Positions 11,637 to 23,454 are shown, counted from the whole stretch's first letter. The stretch: 61,797 bases of DNA, filler included, from Sanchytrium tribonematis (GCA_018985235.1; 7 parts of 7 records of this genome joined end to end with filler, not necessarily neighbours in it); one strand, 5' to 3'. Notes: a model not told the origin generated them from the letters alone. Program-made: numbers and translations.

Positions 11637-12407
11637 ATGTGGCTGATGCTGTTATACCACCCATTCTGGTTTGGATACTCATTTGGAAACGCGTTACCAG
11701 TTGCAATGACTAGTATTTTGATGGATTTATTGTCATTTAGCATGTTTGGATTCACAAAAATACAAATTTATATTTTCATGACAAATTTGATTTTACTCAT
11801 CATGTCTATAACCTCATTTTTACCCAAAACAATAGGATATTGGATATGTTTTACACTCATGTATGCTACTTATTTAATGATTTATTCATTATTTTGTTAT
11901 TTTAGATGTTTCAACATGTTTTCATCAAAATCATTCAAAATCATTGCATTTTTAGTGAATATCTTGATTTATTTCTCATTAATAGCAAATCAAATGAGTA
12001 CTAGAGATCTATTCCCATCTCCATTGGGTACCATTATCGTGTTATGTATTTTCCCATTTCAATTTATTTCATTATTTATGCTTTCTATGCCATTAATCAT
12101 CAAAATACGGCGTAATCCAATGTATATTCACAATATTAAACAAATTAATATCATTAAAATTGCCATGATGGGATTATCTAGTTGTTCTTTGGCTATTCCA
12201 TGCGTCACCTTCATTTTAATTGGTAGTTATGATCAAAATGCATTATTATTGGAAATTGGAATGGGTATGGCCCCTTATGTCACTATATTTGTATGTTTAT
12301 TCAATTTTGGATTGCTTTTAAACAAAATATTAGAATCTAAAATTGTTGTTTCAGGGGCATCTGTTTTCAAAACTGTCAATAATGATTTTGAAATACTCGG
12401 AAAATAG
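11637..12407 (+). CDS. Multi-pass (~7 TM) membrane protein, GPCR-like
   Basis: About seven hydrophobic segments; no family recognised. Confidence 0.6.
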   Translation: MWLMLLYHPFWFGYSFGNALPVAMTSILMDLLSFSMFGFTKIQIYIFMTNLILLIMSITSFLPKTIGYWICFTLMYATYLMIYSLFCYFRCFNMFSSKSFKIIAFLVNILIYFSLIANQMSTRDLFPSPLGTIIVLCIFPFQFISLFMLSMPLIIKIRRNPMYIHNIKQINIIKIAMMGLSSCSLAIPCVTFILIGSYDQNALLLEIGMGMAPYVTIFVCLFNFGLLLNKILESKIVVSGASVFKTVNNDFEILGK

Positions 12408-12466
12408 ATTTGAATAAATGACATTTGATATTACATTGGGTGAAAAACACTTTAATTTCATCATGA

Positions 12467-13204
12467 TTGGATCTCATAAATGAATTAAATGACAAAGCAT
12501 TCTGTGAGCTCTGTTTGACCAATCATTTTTTTGTAGTTTTGCAATCGGGGTTTTCCCAAATTGACATCATGATTTTTACATTGCCGTCAAGTGCCATTTC
12601 ATCTACTCAAAAATTATTAACAACAACAACGTGCCGCATTCAGGGAAGCCAGGTCATTTGTGATGGTAAAACAAACAACAAATTAAAGCAGTTTATCCCC
12701 CAATCATTTGTTGAAACAATAAAATCCATTTGTGTAATTGGTTATGCAAATAAAGTGGCATGTGGTACAAAAAAACCATTGAATTTACAAGTACTCAATA
12801 TGACCTATAACGGTTTGCCAATGAATCATGTGACTCAAGTCAAATTAGGAAGCACTTATGTATGTGTTTTAAATTATGAACCAATAAAATCAACAGTCCC
12901 AGTTGTTGATTTGAGTGATCTCCCAACTACTCCCAGCGAACCCGGTGCAATTCTAGGCATTTACTGTACTACAATACCTGAAAATGCACAAAATCAATTG
13001 CCATGGATCAAAATTGATGTTTTGGATAATTCAGATCAGCTTTGGCTTTACGATTTCTTCATTTGTGGCAGAAATCCTGAAGAAAAAGACAATACTTCAA
13101 AGGGGTATGAATGTGTGGCGGTTCGAGGGAAAGATATCACCACTGCAAAGAGTCAATCGACAATCCCAGCCAATGAATACTTAAATGTAAACATTATTCC
13201 ATAA
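12467..13204 (+). CDS. Hypothetical Cys-containing protein
   Basis: 245-aa ORF followed by AATAAA; start uncertain. Confidence 0.5.
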   Translation: MDLINELNDKAFCELCLTNHFFVVLQSGFSQIDIMIFTLPSSAISSTQKLLTTTTCRIQGSQVICDGKTNNKLKQFIPQSFVETIKSICVIGYANKVACGTKKPLNLQVLNMTYNGLPMNHVTQVKLGSTYVCVLNYEPIKSTVPVVDLSDLPTTPSEPGAILGIYCTTIPENAQNQLPWIKIDVLDNSDQLWLYDFFICGRNPEEKDNTSKGYECVAVRGKDITTAKSQSTIPANEYLNVNIIP

Positions 13205-13224
13205 AATCAATAAAACTTTTATTA

Positions 13225-14370
13225 TCAAAATGTTGAAAATGGAGAAAATGGATGAATTTGTTGACAAACAACGCATTTTGGATCCTCCAATCTATAGTCT
13301 TGAAAACATTCTTCATGCAACAATTTACCACAACCAAGTATTTGAATCGGTTTCCCATTATTCAAATCTTGTCGACAAATAAGACACTGATTTCGAGTCA
13401 TTTCAATTAAATATTGATGTGATTCTTCATTTTCAACTTTAAAATGATTGTGAATGAACATGTAAATGGCAGTTAATGGCTCGTTAAATTCTATTTCAAC
13501 ATGTCTTTCTTTTATTGCAAGTAATTCGTTTAAATTGGGTACATTGTCAGGAATCAACCAAATATTAAAATACATGGTGTATAACAATTTAATAGTATTA
13601 AATTTTGGACTATAATAATCTTTTAAACTTTTAAAAGTTGATTCAAATTCATTTAAATTTGCATTCAAAAATGCATTTCTATAAAAATGATTAATTTCTG
13701 ATGGCGTCAATGAAAATGGCCAATATTTGGTACTTCGATCCTCCATACGATTCATAATGGGTGCTGTTGGTAATCTATGTGAATGGTGGATTGATTCTAG
13801 TTTTAATGCGCCCAATACAATTGACATGATGGATGAAACAATGCCAGCACAACCAAATGAAAAATGATGAACTAGTAAAGATGTACCACAAGCAACACCT
13901 GTAATTGCAACTGCTATTGCCAAAATCACCATTTTGTACTCTTTTAATTGATTTAAACGATTTGATTGTGCAATTTCTTGATTTTCTAAAATTGTTGAGC
14001 TTTCTTCTTCTTCTGAGGTAGATTTAAAATCAATCAATTTGTTTTCAATGATATTATCTATCATTTTATTCACTAGTTCGAGACAATCATCATAGGAAGA
14101 TTTCTTGCCTGTCTGTATTAAAAACTGGACTGTGGCGTGCATTAAATAATGCTTATAGTGAACTGCATTATACACCATACTGGGATATCCATTAATTGGA
14201 ATATAAAGTGGTTTTGTTGATGTTTGTTCATAAATGGTGTTTAGAAATGCTGTTGCTTTGTTATTTCCAATGTCATGTTTAAATTTGGTGAAATCTTTGC
14301 CTAAAATGAATTCAAATTTGGATATTAATGGATCGAAATTGAGACTATTGAAGATGGAAATGAAGAACAT
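13225..14370 (-). CDS. Membrane protein with a C-terminal RING-H2-like finger
   Basis: Short hydrophobic N-terminus, two TM segments, CLICRQD...GCGKLLHEECF...CVVCQ. Confidence 0.75.
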   Translation of the reverse strand: MFFISIFNSLNFDPLISKFEFILGKDFTKFKHDIGNNKATAFLNTIYEQTSTKPLYIPINGYPSMVYNAVHYKHYLMHATVQFLIQTGKKSSYDDCLELVNKMIDNIIENKLIDFKSTSEEEESSTILENQEIAQSNRLNQLKEYKMVILAIAVAITGVACGTSLLVHHFSFGCAGIVSSIMSIVLGALKLESIHHSHRLPTAPIMNRMEDRSTKYWPFSLTPSEINHFYRNAFLNANLNEFESTFKSLKDYYSPKFNTIKLLYTMYFNIWLIPDNVPNLNELLAIKERHVEIEFNEPLTAIYMFIHNHFKVENEESHQYLIEMTRNQCLICRQDLNNGKPIQILGCGKLLHEECFQDYRLEDPKCVVCQQIHPFSPFSTF

Positions 14371-14595
14371 TGAGGGGATGACTTGCTAATTTGATTCATC
14401 ATGAATATCCCCCGTTGTCAGAAATATGGTGTCATTTCTGACCAATGAAATGCCAGTGATTAAGTCACGTGGGGTAGATCTATTATGGAATTTATTGGTT
14501 TTACGAGTTACTAGGTTGATTGCGTTGCTACTAGGTGTTTCTCAATTTCACAAATAAATGAATAATTCCAATTGAAAAATCACCCCTTCAAACCA

Positions 14596-15768
14596 ATGCA
14601 GAAATGCAGAATATTATGTAAATTATCATGTATATTGATCATCACCATGTGCATTTTATCATCACAAATTATAGTTGAACCCTATTTGAACCCATTTCAT
14701 TATCCATTGACACTGTTTTATGCACCTGACAACCAATTTATCAAATCCAACTTTATAAATGCACCAGATATGTATAATCCAGCCATAATTCCACTTGATA
14801 TTGACAAATATTTGATTATATTCGCATTTGGTGGTCATTTTATGGATTCAATCAGTGGGAAATATTCATATCCAGTTCCAAATTATTGCATTTCGAGTGA
14901 TTTTACTTGTGATGCCGTGAAGCCACTTGCTTTACAAATTACAGATGCAGAAATGGAATTGACTAATTATTACTTATCCGGATTTGAAGACACTAGGGTA
15001 GAATATTACAATGGAGATCTCATTTTAATAATTTCATGCCCTTCTTTAAATTCGCATATTCAACGCACTACTTGCATTATTAGTGCATCTCAAGTCATTC
15101 CTGAGCTCAAACAATATATAAATACCACTGCCATCTTTCCCAATCTCATACGAATTGATAAAGTAATTGATAATTCTTGGATCAAAAATCAAATTCCCCT
15201 CTTTTTAAAGAATTTAGATTTCATATATTCACTAGATCCCTTTATCACATACACTCTTGACCCATCTGGAATGACTGGAAATACTCAAATCCAATTAAAT
15301 TACATAGATCCATGCATGAATGAAATTAAATCAAATTTCCCAAAAATGGATTATTTTCATTCTGGCAGCAACCAATTGCAATTAGTACTCTGTAATGAGG
15401 ATGAATGCACTCCAAATCATCGTAATACTGTGCTAGTGAGTCTGATACATCCAATTTACTACAGAACAAAAACACGCACAAAATTGAATTTTTACCAAAG
15501 ATTATTGATAGCCAGAAATATCACCTCTCCACACAATATTTTATTTTTTTCCAAACCTTTATTCATTAGACAAGGCTATTACGAAGATTTGATTTATTCT
15601 GAGACGATTGCGTATATTCATCCAAAACAGGAGCCTGATAAAAATATTGGATACTTAAATACGCCTGTAATTTATGGACATGGAATTGATATGCCTGGTC
15701 GACAATATCCCATGTATGCTCAATTTGATTTCCAAACTTATTTGATGGAATTAAAAGAAAGTTGTTAG
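14596..15768 (+). CDS. Type II membrane glycosyltransferase, BMT/GT91-like beta-propeller (tentative)
   Basis: N-terminal TM; GFEDTR (cf. GPEDPR) and WIKNQIPLF (cf. EKNWxPF). Confidence 0.5.
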   Translation: MQKCRILCKLSCILIITMCILSSQIIVEPYLNPFHYPLTLFYAPDNQFIKSNFINAPDMYNPAIIPLDIDKYLIIFAFGGHFMDSISGKYSYPVPNYCISSDFTCDAVKPLALQITDAEMELTNYYLSGFEDTRVEYYNGDLILIISCPSLNSHIQRTTCIISASQVIPELKQYINTTAIFPNLIRIDKVIDNSWIKNQIPLFLKNLDFIYSLDPFITYTLDPSGMTGNTQIQLNYIDPCMNEIKSNFPKMDYFHSGSNQLQLVLCNEDECTPNHRNTVLVSLIHPIYYRTKTRTKLNFYQRLLIARNITSPHNILFFSKPLFIRQGYYEDLIYSETIAYIHPKQEPDKNIGYLNTPVIYGHGIDMPGRQYPMYAQFDFQTYLMELKESC

Positions 15769-15786
15769 AAATGAATAAATTGTAAA

Positions 15787-16967
15787 TTATTGCGACAATT
15801 TAAAGTCATTTTTGCTATTTTTAAATTGAAACAGCAATGGATATCTTGTGATATGCACTCTAGTTTCCTCGCTTACTTGAAATAATTCAGCCACTTGATT
15901 TTTAATGGAGATGAAACCAAATTTGAAATCATGGACGCAAGTTCTGTAAGCCAATGGGAGCCACTTCATATCACATTTACGATCTATTTTAGTGGATATA
16001 GGTTGTGTCTTGTTACTAGAATGTAATTGGATGGGTTCTTTTTGATATTTGACCATTTTAGCATCCAAACAAATCAAAATTTGATTTTCCATTTTAATTC
16101 GTTTACAATTGGATTCATTGCTTGTAAGTGGGACTAGTAGAATAGAAATATCTTTAGACGTGAATATAGTACGACTAAACCGTCCTTCTTCACTTAAATA
16201 CACTTTGGATGAAAATAAACGAATTAATTCACTTTTTGGATAAATCTTTAAAAATGCAGTTTGTAACTTGTGTGTATTCTTAAATAGTGTCATTTGACCT
16301 CTTAAATATAATAAATTTTGATTATCATTGGAATTGTGACGATATCTGCATTTAAATATGGAAATAATAAATTTGGATTTGACCAAATAATATCCACATC
16401 AGACCATCCCACATACTCAAATTGAGTCAAATAAGCTCTAAAAATGTAATTAAACATGGGTCGTAGTTCAGAGATTGCATAATTTTCATTATTAATGCGA
16501 TTTTCAATCAAATTTTCAATTTTAGAAAATTCCATTTTATCACATTTGTATAATTTGCATAATTTATGTGCTGCATACGTATGGAAGGATGATTTCAAGT
16601 AGATTTGATGGATATTCGGATAATCATTGTTGATTAATGTGCGATTATCTGTAGAAATGAAGTAGAATTGGACATTTGAATGATTGGCTGATTTGAGGAA
16701 ATGTTGGGTATATTTGGGTAAATCACCTTTAAATGGAATGATAATGGCTAATTTATGACACAAGTTGGTTGCATTCTCTGTATTATGGGATCTACTGGAT
16801 AAATGTGACATTTTCATCATTTTTATGTCACTAGATTGATTTAAATGTACTGAAAATAGCAAGATGACCACTAAAATAGTCACACCATAGATATATTTGG
16901 CGTATAGTCTGATATGATATCTGTAAATAGATAATTTGGAGTATTGTAAATATTTGTAATTTGTCAT
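15787..16967 (-). pseudogene. DUF6625-like DxD glycosyltransferase with a 1-nt frameshift near 16330
   Basis: TM anchor, ELRPMF, YVGWSDVDIIW, then LRGQMTLFKN in a shifted frame; no GT-AG intron fits. Confidence 0.55.
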
Positions 16968-17112
16968 TTCAAAGTTTCACCCCGTTGCACTAAAAGAATT
17001 GGTGACATGCGTACACGTACAAACACATGCGTCGCTTATAATGATACTCACAAGTGTTGTTAATGATCAAAAGATTAAAAGAAAATGCAACTCCCCGAAA
17101 CCCCGAAATCAA

Positions 17113-17686
17113 ATGAAATTTCGAATTTTGATTTTCGGGATTGGGCTATTTTTACTATTAAATACCCATAATATTATTAATCTACATATATTTCACGGAA
17201 AACCCATTTCTACCCGGTTTATTTACCAATTTATTCACTCAAAACGAATCCAAATTAAAATACTTTACAATGTATAATCCAGCTATCATTCCACTTGATA
17301 TTGACAAATATCTCATTATATTCGCATTTGGTGGATCACCCATGAGAACTATCAATGGCCATAGTTCATTTCCAGTACCAAATTATTGCATATCAAACAA
17401 TTTTACTTGTAAATCAGCTTCTCCCTTGAGACTAAAAATAACTGAGCAAGAGTACGAACAATCTGGTGTGTCAAATGGATTTGAAGACACTAGGGCAGAA
17501 TATTACAATGGAGATCTCATTTTAATAATTTCTTGCCCTTCTTTAAATTCACATATTCAACGCACTACTTGCATTATTAGTGCATCTCAAGTCATTCCTG
17601 AGCTCAAGCAATATATAAATACCACTGCCATCTTTCCCAATCTCATACGAATTGATAAAGTAATTGATAATTCTTGGATCAAAAAT
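17113..17686 (+). pseudogene. Paralog of 14596-15768, frameshifted near 17270 and truncated by the contig end
   Basis: MYNPAIIPLDIDKYLIIFAFGG identical to the paralog; near-identical 210-bp tract. Confidence 0.75.
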
Positions 17687-17786
17687 NNNNNNNNNNNNNN
17701 NNNNNNNNNNNNNNNNNNNNNNNNNNNNNNTTAATTAATTAANNNNNNNNNNNNNNNNNNNNNNNNNNNNNNNNNNNNNNNNNNNN
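17687..17786. other. Artificial contig spacer
   Basis: N44-TTAATTAATTAA-N44. Confidence 0.99.
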
Positions 17787-18686
17787 ATCTGTTCGGCATC
17801 TGTTTTGGACAGATACTCTTGTTTCAGCGACATTAATGTGGTTATCCCTCATAGTATCGAATACAGCGTAATGAAATTCACTTGCACCATACCAAGATAA
17901 ATCCTTTGGAATTTTAATTTCTTCTTTTTCATAACATAAACTGCTGCAGTTATCGATCTTGATCAAGGTCTTGAGATGCTCTCGGCATTTTGGTAAATCT
18001 ATTCCTGGCTTTATGCATCTGTTATTCAAAGTTCTTAAAGAGCATGGGTCTGGGACCCCACAGATAGTATTATTGGTAGTCAGATGAGTTTCGTAACGTG
18101 ATTTTGCACGATTCACGCCAAAATTTAGCCAAGAGTGCGAAAAAATGTTGAGTCCACCATCTATATTGACGTATATTCCCTTGTGTTGGTTATCAACATA
18201 TGATATTTGCATACTTGCACCACCCATATCTACAAATCCCAGCTTTTTGGAAGATATTTTGGCTAGATCGAGCGTGCTTAGAAATCCATAAAAACCTTCC
18301 TCATTTCCTGAAATGATTCTTGTTTCGACATACGGGAAATCAAAAGAAAGTAATACTTTTTTAATTTCCAAAAATCTGCGATTGGCATCTGCTTGTGGTA
18401 TCAGTCGCATTCCAGCGGTGGCAAGAACATAAACTGGTATCTTACCAGCATTTTTTAGTATATAATCAACAAAGGGTTGCAAATATTTGTCAAATTTTGT
18501 GACGGAACTAATGCCAGGATTGTCATGATACCCTAAGCTTATTTCTCGCAATTCGTCGCCCTTGGTCGTAAATATGTGGACTCTAGATCCACTAGATCCC
18601 GCGTCTATAACTGCAATAGTAAGATTCTTAGGATTTTCAAATATTGCAATTGACACCACTTGTGCTATTAACAATATGAATAACAT
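17787..18686 (-). CDS. GDA1/CD39 nucleoside phosphatase (apyrase), 3' truncated
   Basis: Apyrase conserved regions VIDAGSSGSR, LATAGMR, ISGNEEG, DMGGASMQI. Confidence 0.95.
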
Positions 18687-18807
18687 AAAATTAATATGAT
18701 TCAAATGGATGTTAAAGGAGAAACCCATAATTTTAAATTTTATACACGTTTACTCCTTTAATTTCAAAGTCGCACAGGTTTTACATTAGAAACGAACATT
18801 AATTTTA

Positions 18808-19477
18808 TTATTGCACAATCATGCGACTTGTAAGCCCAGCAGACATTGGACGATTATTGGTTTTTAAGTGAACCAAAATACTTTCGATTGATGGCATATC
18901 CTGCCGAGTATTGGGTGTTGAACTTGGAGTAGGAATCTCCATTTGAAGTGGTGGTGATTTTAATGGGGGCATTTGGATGTTAATCATATTGTTTGGTGCC
19001 AGTGGTACTAACTTTGGCCGATGCGTGATGGTCATAGGTGGGGATATTGGAGGTGAAAATGACAAAGTTGAAATATTTGGATTATTATGTATCAACTTTT
19101 GATGTTTGATCATATCACTTTTTCTTTTGAAATGACGCCCGCATATTTCGCAATTAAAAGGTTCGTATGGTATGTGAACATGAATATGTGATATAATATC
19201 ATATCGCTAAATAAAAATTTTATACCTTTGGAAAACTAGCCGAACAATCCTCCCAATAACAACGAAGGTTTACAGTCCCATTTCTTTTTCGACCTATATG
19301 CTGCTCTTTGACATGCTCAAACAATTCTTTAGTTGTTGTGTAATTATTTTTACAAGCCTTCCAACAACATTTAATTTTAGTGGCTTGACATAAATTCTCC
19401 GAATTAGAGCTGGTGGTTAATCCATTGTCACTATCAGCTTGCAATAGCTCTTCAATATTAAGTCTATTATATTCCAT
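18808..19477 (-). CDS. pacC: PacC/Rim101-like three-C2H2 zinc-finger transcription factor; exons 19477-19226 and 19206-18808
   Basis: CCWKAC...HVKEQHIGRK...NLRCYWEDC...FPK|RYDIISHIHVH...CEICGRHFKRKSDMIKH after splicing; short (216 aa). Confidence 0.8.
19207..19225 (-). other. 19-nt intron GTATAAAATTTTTATTTAG
   Basis: Removal restores zinc finger 2 and the frame of finger 3. Confidence 0.92.
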
Positions 19478-19697
19478 ATAACTAGAAATTGGATGTTTTG
19501 AAATATTTGAAAATCTTTCTGAGCGTGACGAAATAGGCCAATCAAATTGGAGTCACGTTTATCGAAGCCTTTCTTATGGTTGATAGTCACAAAATGGGAT
19601 CGCAGCATGTGAAGCGCCAATTGAGTTTCCAAACAGTGATTTAAATTTTGGGTAATGCATCTCCAAGAAAGGCTCGTAACTTCCCCTTAAAATTTGA

Positions 19698-20219
19698 ATG
19701 AATGTAGCATGTTGTCCAAAATCCAAATTCAACCATTTTGTCGAATTGATCGATTACGAGCTTATCTCAAATTATACCAGGGAGGAATTAAATTATCACC
19801 TTATCAAGCTAATTGCAAAAGAAAATCATTTGAAAATTATTGGGGAGTGTCCAACTGAAATATTAAATTTCGCCGAGAGATATGAAAATATTAATATAGA
19901 GATAGAATCATTTGAGTTTCCATTATCACAGAGTCTAAAAAGATATATTCTCAATTTTAATGGAGTTTTCACAAGAGATCAATTTAAAGAATGGTTTAAA
20001 GATCGTGACTGGGCAAGAATGTTTAACAATGTTATTTTCCATGAATTTGCCGTACCTTGCTCGACAGGGTACGTAAAAAATCCGTTTAAGTATACTGAAC
20101 CTCCCACTGCCCAAGATTTATATGAACTGGGATTCAAAATACTAAAGGAAGACATGAATCAATCAGAAAAGCCTATTGTTACCCAAGATTCTTCCTCTGA
20201 AGATTGGATGTCAGAATAG
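19698..20219 (+). CDS. Hypothetical protein
   Basis: 173-aa ORF with CCCC upstream of the ATG. Confidence 0.55.
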   Translation: MNVACCPKSKFNHFVELIDYELISNYTREELNYHLIKLIAKENHLKIIGECPTEILNFAERYENINIEIESFEFPLSQSLKRYILNFNGVFTRDQFKEWFKDRDWARMFNNVIFHEFAVPCSTGYVKNPFKYTEPPTAQDLYELGFKILKEDMNQSEKPIVTQDSSSEDWMSE

Positions 20220-20239
20220 TAAATATCGAATCTATTTAT

Positions 20240-21521
20240 TTAGTCAATGACTACAGGTGGCAAATTTTCATCAGCAACAGATTCGTGTTTCCCGCTCTTT
20301 AACTCTAATTCTTTCAGTGATTTCTTTCTTTCCTCCAAAAGTGTTTTTCTAGCTTTCTCCATAAATTTATCTAGCGCTTTGTAATTAAATTCATCTTCAG
20401 CATAAGATCGGTGCTCGTTCTCATTTACATGCTAAATCAAATAAATATACCTTGATAAAATCCTTAAACCTTTCACCACACAGCTCACAATAACCTTCTT
20501 TTGTGGCGATGTTATGATATTTACGGGAAACACCAATCGCAAGCTCATCTTCGTTAAAAACTGAATCTTCAGAATCTTCTTCAGACAATATACGACCCAC
20601 AGATGAAACATCAAGATCTACTTCGCTACTGCTTACAATAACCTCTTCTTTTGCAGCCAGAATACTCTGGGAGGGTGTCAGTAAACTATCATTTAGTTTT
20701 TGAGAAATTATTTCTCTTGATAAGGATGTCCTGTCACTGTTTTTCATAACTGGAAGACTTTTTCTCGAATGAATGCTAGCAGCAATTGATTTTACTCTAG
20801 TATATCCCGACTCGTTGTCATCAAACGCCTTCTCTGAAACCGATGAAGGCTCAATAAATGGAGTCTGTTTACTAGTTGAATGAAATTTTGTTAAAGTGTG
20901 AGGTGACTGTGATTCATTCTCATTTAGCTTGTGGTATATTTTGGAGATTATTGGTTTATACGTTCCTGTATTTTCACAAACATACGCATAGTAGTACTTA
21001 TTCGTGATGGACTTCCATCTTCCATCAGTCTTTGACTTTTTATATTTAGAATTATCATCAAATGTCAATGAATGGCTACGTTTAAGAGCTTGATTATCTT
21101 TGTCAAGTTTTAAAAATCGAATCCATCGGTGGACTTTTTCTGCTTTCCATACTCTTTTTTCATTAATAGCAACCGAATGCAAAATTTTCATCCCTGATTC
21201 TGTCAAAATATTGTCATTTGGTATGTCCATCCAATATTCAAGACCCTCTTCGCAATAATTTTTGTGAATTTCGTACCACGAAAATACCTCGTCTGGCACT
21301 ACAACGTGAGTTACATCTTGGTTATAAAAAGTAGCCATTTGGCCACCTAATTTCTGTAGTTGAAATCTTACTTCAGTGACTCTCCCAAGAACATAAAATT
21401 TGCCTTCAAAGAATGGGTTTGTGAAGGAATGACCTTTAACTGTGAATTGAGGCTTTTCAAGCAGTTTAATAGGATTAGTTTTGTAAATGTAAGTGGAGGA
21501 TTCACTTGTTGAGGAAGACAT
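20240..21521 (-). CDS. DBF4: Dbf4/Dfp1 (Cdc7 kinase regulatory subunit); exons 21521-20451 and 20431-20240
   Basis: Motif N (LQKLGG...VTHVVV), motif M, motif C GYCELC..FIK|HVNENEHRSYA after splicing. Confidence 0.85.
20432..20450 (-). other. 19-nt intron GTATATTTATTTGATTTAG
   Basis: Removal supplies the two His ligands of the Dbf4 zinc finger. Confidence 0.92.
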
Positions 21522-21676
21522 GCCAAGGGGTTTGTTAGAAATATAATGCTTCGCGCAACATTTACTTTTAGATAAATATTACTAGTTATTAAATTGGATC
21601 AGGTGTAGTTGCTTCTACTTTTTAATGGTGCAAAATCTTGTCACTTAATTTAATCGTTAAATTTAATCTTGCCCCT

Positions 21677-22090
21677 ATGTTTAAATTGTTCAAAAGACTC
21701 AATAGTAGAGATTTGGAGCCCTTGCAGAAAATGCAAGAATTACTAGATAAGGATGGAACAAAATACGCTGTTTTACAGCTTAAAGGCAGAGAATATAAAG
21801 TTCAAGAGAAAGACATATTGATTCTAAATAGATTAAAGAAAGACAATTCAACTGTACCTCTAGGAAGCAAAATCAATCTAGATCTTATTAAGGAAGTCGG
21901 TACCCAGAATTTCTATGTCCAGGGCCAACCATTCATAAAAGATGCTTCTGTTGTTGCAACCGTCATGGAACACAAACTTTCTCATAAATATGTAATTGAA
22001 AAATTCAAAAGAAGAAAAAGATATTCAAAAAAGATTGGACACCGACAACCACTCAGTTTGCTCCGTATTAATGAAATAAAGTGGCCTTGA
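21677..22090 (+). CDS. Mitochondrial ribosomal protein bL21m
   Basis: YAVLQLKGREYKV...KFKRRKRYSKKIGHRQ. Confidence 0.92.
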   Translation: MFKLFKRLNSRDLEPLQKMQELLDKDGTKYAVLQLKGREYKVQEKDILILNRLKKDNSTVPLGSKINLDLIKEVGTQNFYVQGQPFIKDASVVATVMEHKLSHKYVIEKFKRRKRYSKKIGHRQPLSLLRINEIKWP

Positions 22091-22099
22091 TAAAATTTA

Positions 22100-22901
22100 T
22101 TAGTTTGTCACCATCATCTTTTTAATTTTGGCAATGTTTTCTCCAGGGTTTAAGCCCTTAGGGCATGTCTTGGCACAATTCTAAATGAGAAATTAATACC
22201 ATAATCGTGTGACATCTAAACACTTTAAATGGACCTTCAAGTTCATGCAAACGCTCCTCTCTCTTACTATCTCTACTATCTATGATCCACCTATATGCTT
22301 GCATAAGGGCAGCTGGACCCATATAAACGTCACTATTCCACCAATACGATGGACAACCAGTACTACAACAAGCACATAAAATGCATTCATAAAGTCCATC
22401 TAATAACTTGCGATCTTCAGGAGATTGAAGATATTCTCTAGCTTCCCCATTTACCATATGCTGTGGTTTGTCCTCGCCAGCTTGTAAATATGGCTTTATA
22501 CTTGAATAGTGCTTATAGAATTGATTTAAGTCTGGTACTAAATCTTTAATTACGGGCATGTGTGGTAGAGGATATATTTTAACTTCAGTTTCCGGCATTT
22601 TGCATAAACAAGCCAAAGTATTTACCCCGTTGATGTTCATCGCGCAACTTCCACAGATACCTTCTCTACAGCTCCTTCTATAAGTTAAAGTCGAGTCCAT
22701 GTCAGACTTGATTCTTTGTAGTGCGTCCAAAACCATGGGACAATCTGAGATATCCACTTCGTACTTCTGGAGAAATGGTTTCTCATCCTTTTCAGGATTG
22801 TATCTGTAAATTTGAAATGTTCTAGTCTTAGAGTTTTTAACCATTGTCTTTGCCGCAGTTGACAATTGGCTTTGTAGTCTGATTAAAGTAGAAGAAAACA
22901 T
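22100..22901 (-). CDS. SDH2: Succinate dehydrogenase iron-sulfur subunit; exons 22901-22200 and 22180-22100
   Basis: [52 protein letters not shown] after splicing. Confidence 0.98.
22181..22199 (-). other. 19-nt intron GTATTAATTTCTCATTTAG
   Basis: Removal restores the conserved [17 protein letters not shown] cluster motif. Confidence 0.96.
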
Positions 22902-22949
22902 AATCGGGGCTGTGTTACAGAACTTTTTCAGATCCAGATTTTCACAAAA

Positions 22950-23399
22950 ATGACATCTAGAGTTTCAATCTTGAGAGATCCTACGAACAAGTGGCCCTTT
23001 AGATTAGGAGCTGCAGGGCTTATACCATTTTATATCGGGGCATTAGGTTGCGTTTTAGCAAAAGATGAAAAAACTGCTACAACATGGAAGACTTGGAATA
23101 CAAAATATGGTGCGACGATTCTTTCTTTTATTGGAGCAGTCCACTGGGGTGCTGCTCTCAATAGCACTTCTACGATAAGATCACGACAGTTTGTTTTTTC
23201 GGTATTACCAGCTCTTGGCGGATTTGGATCGCTGCTTCTTGGGCAGCCATTAGCAATATGGTCTCAAAGTCTTATGTTTGCGACTATCCCCATATTTGAG
23301 CATAAATATCTGCCCACAACACCATGGTATATGAGGTTGCGAATTGTGTTATCGGGTGGTGCTTTTATTGCTCAATCAATATGCGGAATGATCAAATAA
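22950..23399 (+). CDS. TMEM69/DUF3429 membrane protein
   Basis: [31 protein letters not shown]. Confidence 0.88.
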   Translation: MTSRVSILRDPTNKWPFRLGAAGLIPFYIGALGCVLAKDEKTATTWKTWNTKYGATILSFIGAVHWGAALNSTSTIRSRQFVFSVLPALGGFGSLLLGQPLAIWSQSLMFATIPIFEHKYLPTTPWYMRLRIVLSGGAFIAQSICGMIK

Positions 23400-23454
23400 A
23401 TTCAATTGAGCCTGTCTCAGAATTATCGTAAATTATTCAAAACAACCTCTTGTT

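Noticed and set aside
16320..17277. Frameshifts in the glycosyltransferase genes as tiny introns or programmed frameshifts
   Set aside because: No GTA-N13-TAG at the junctions; single-base indels explain them
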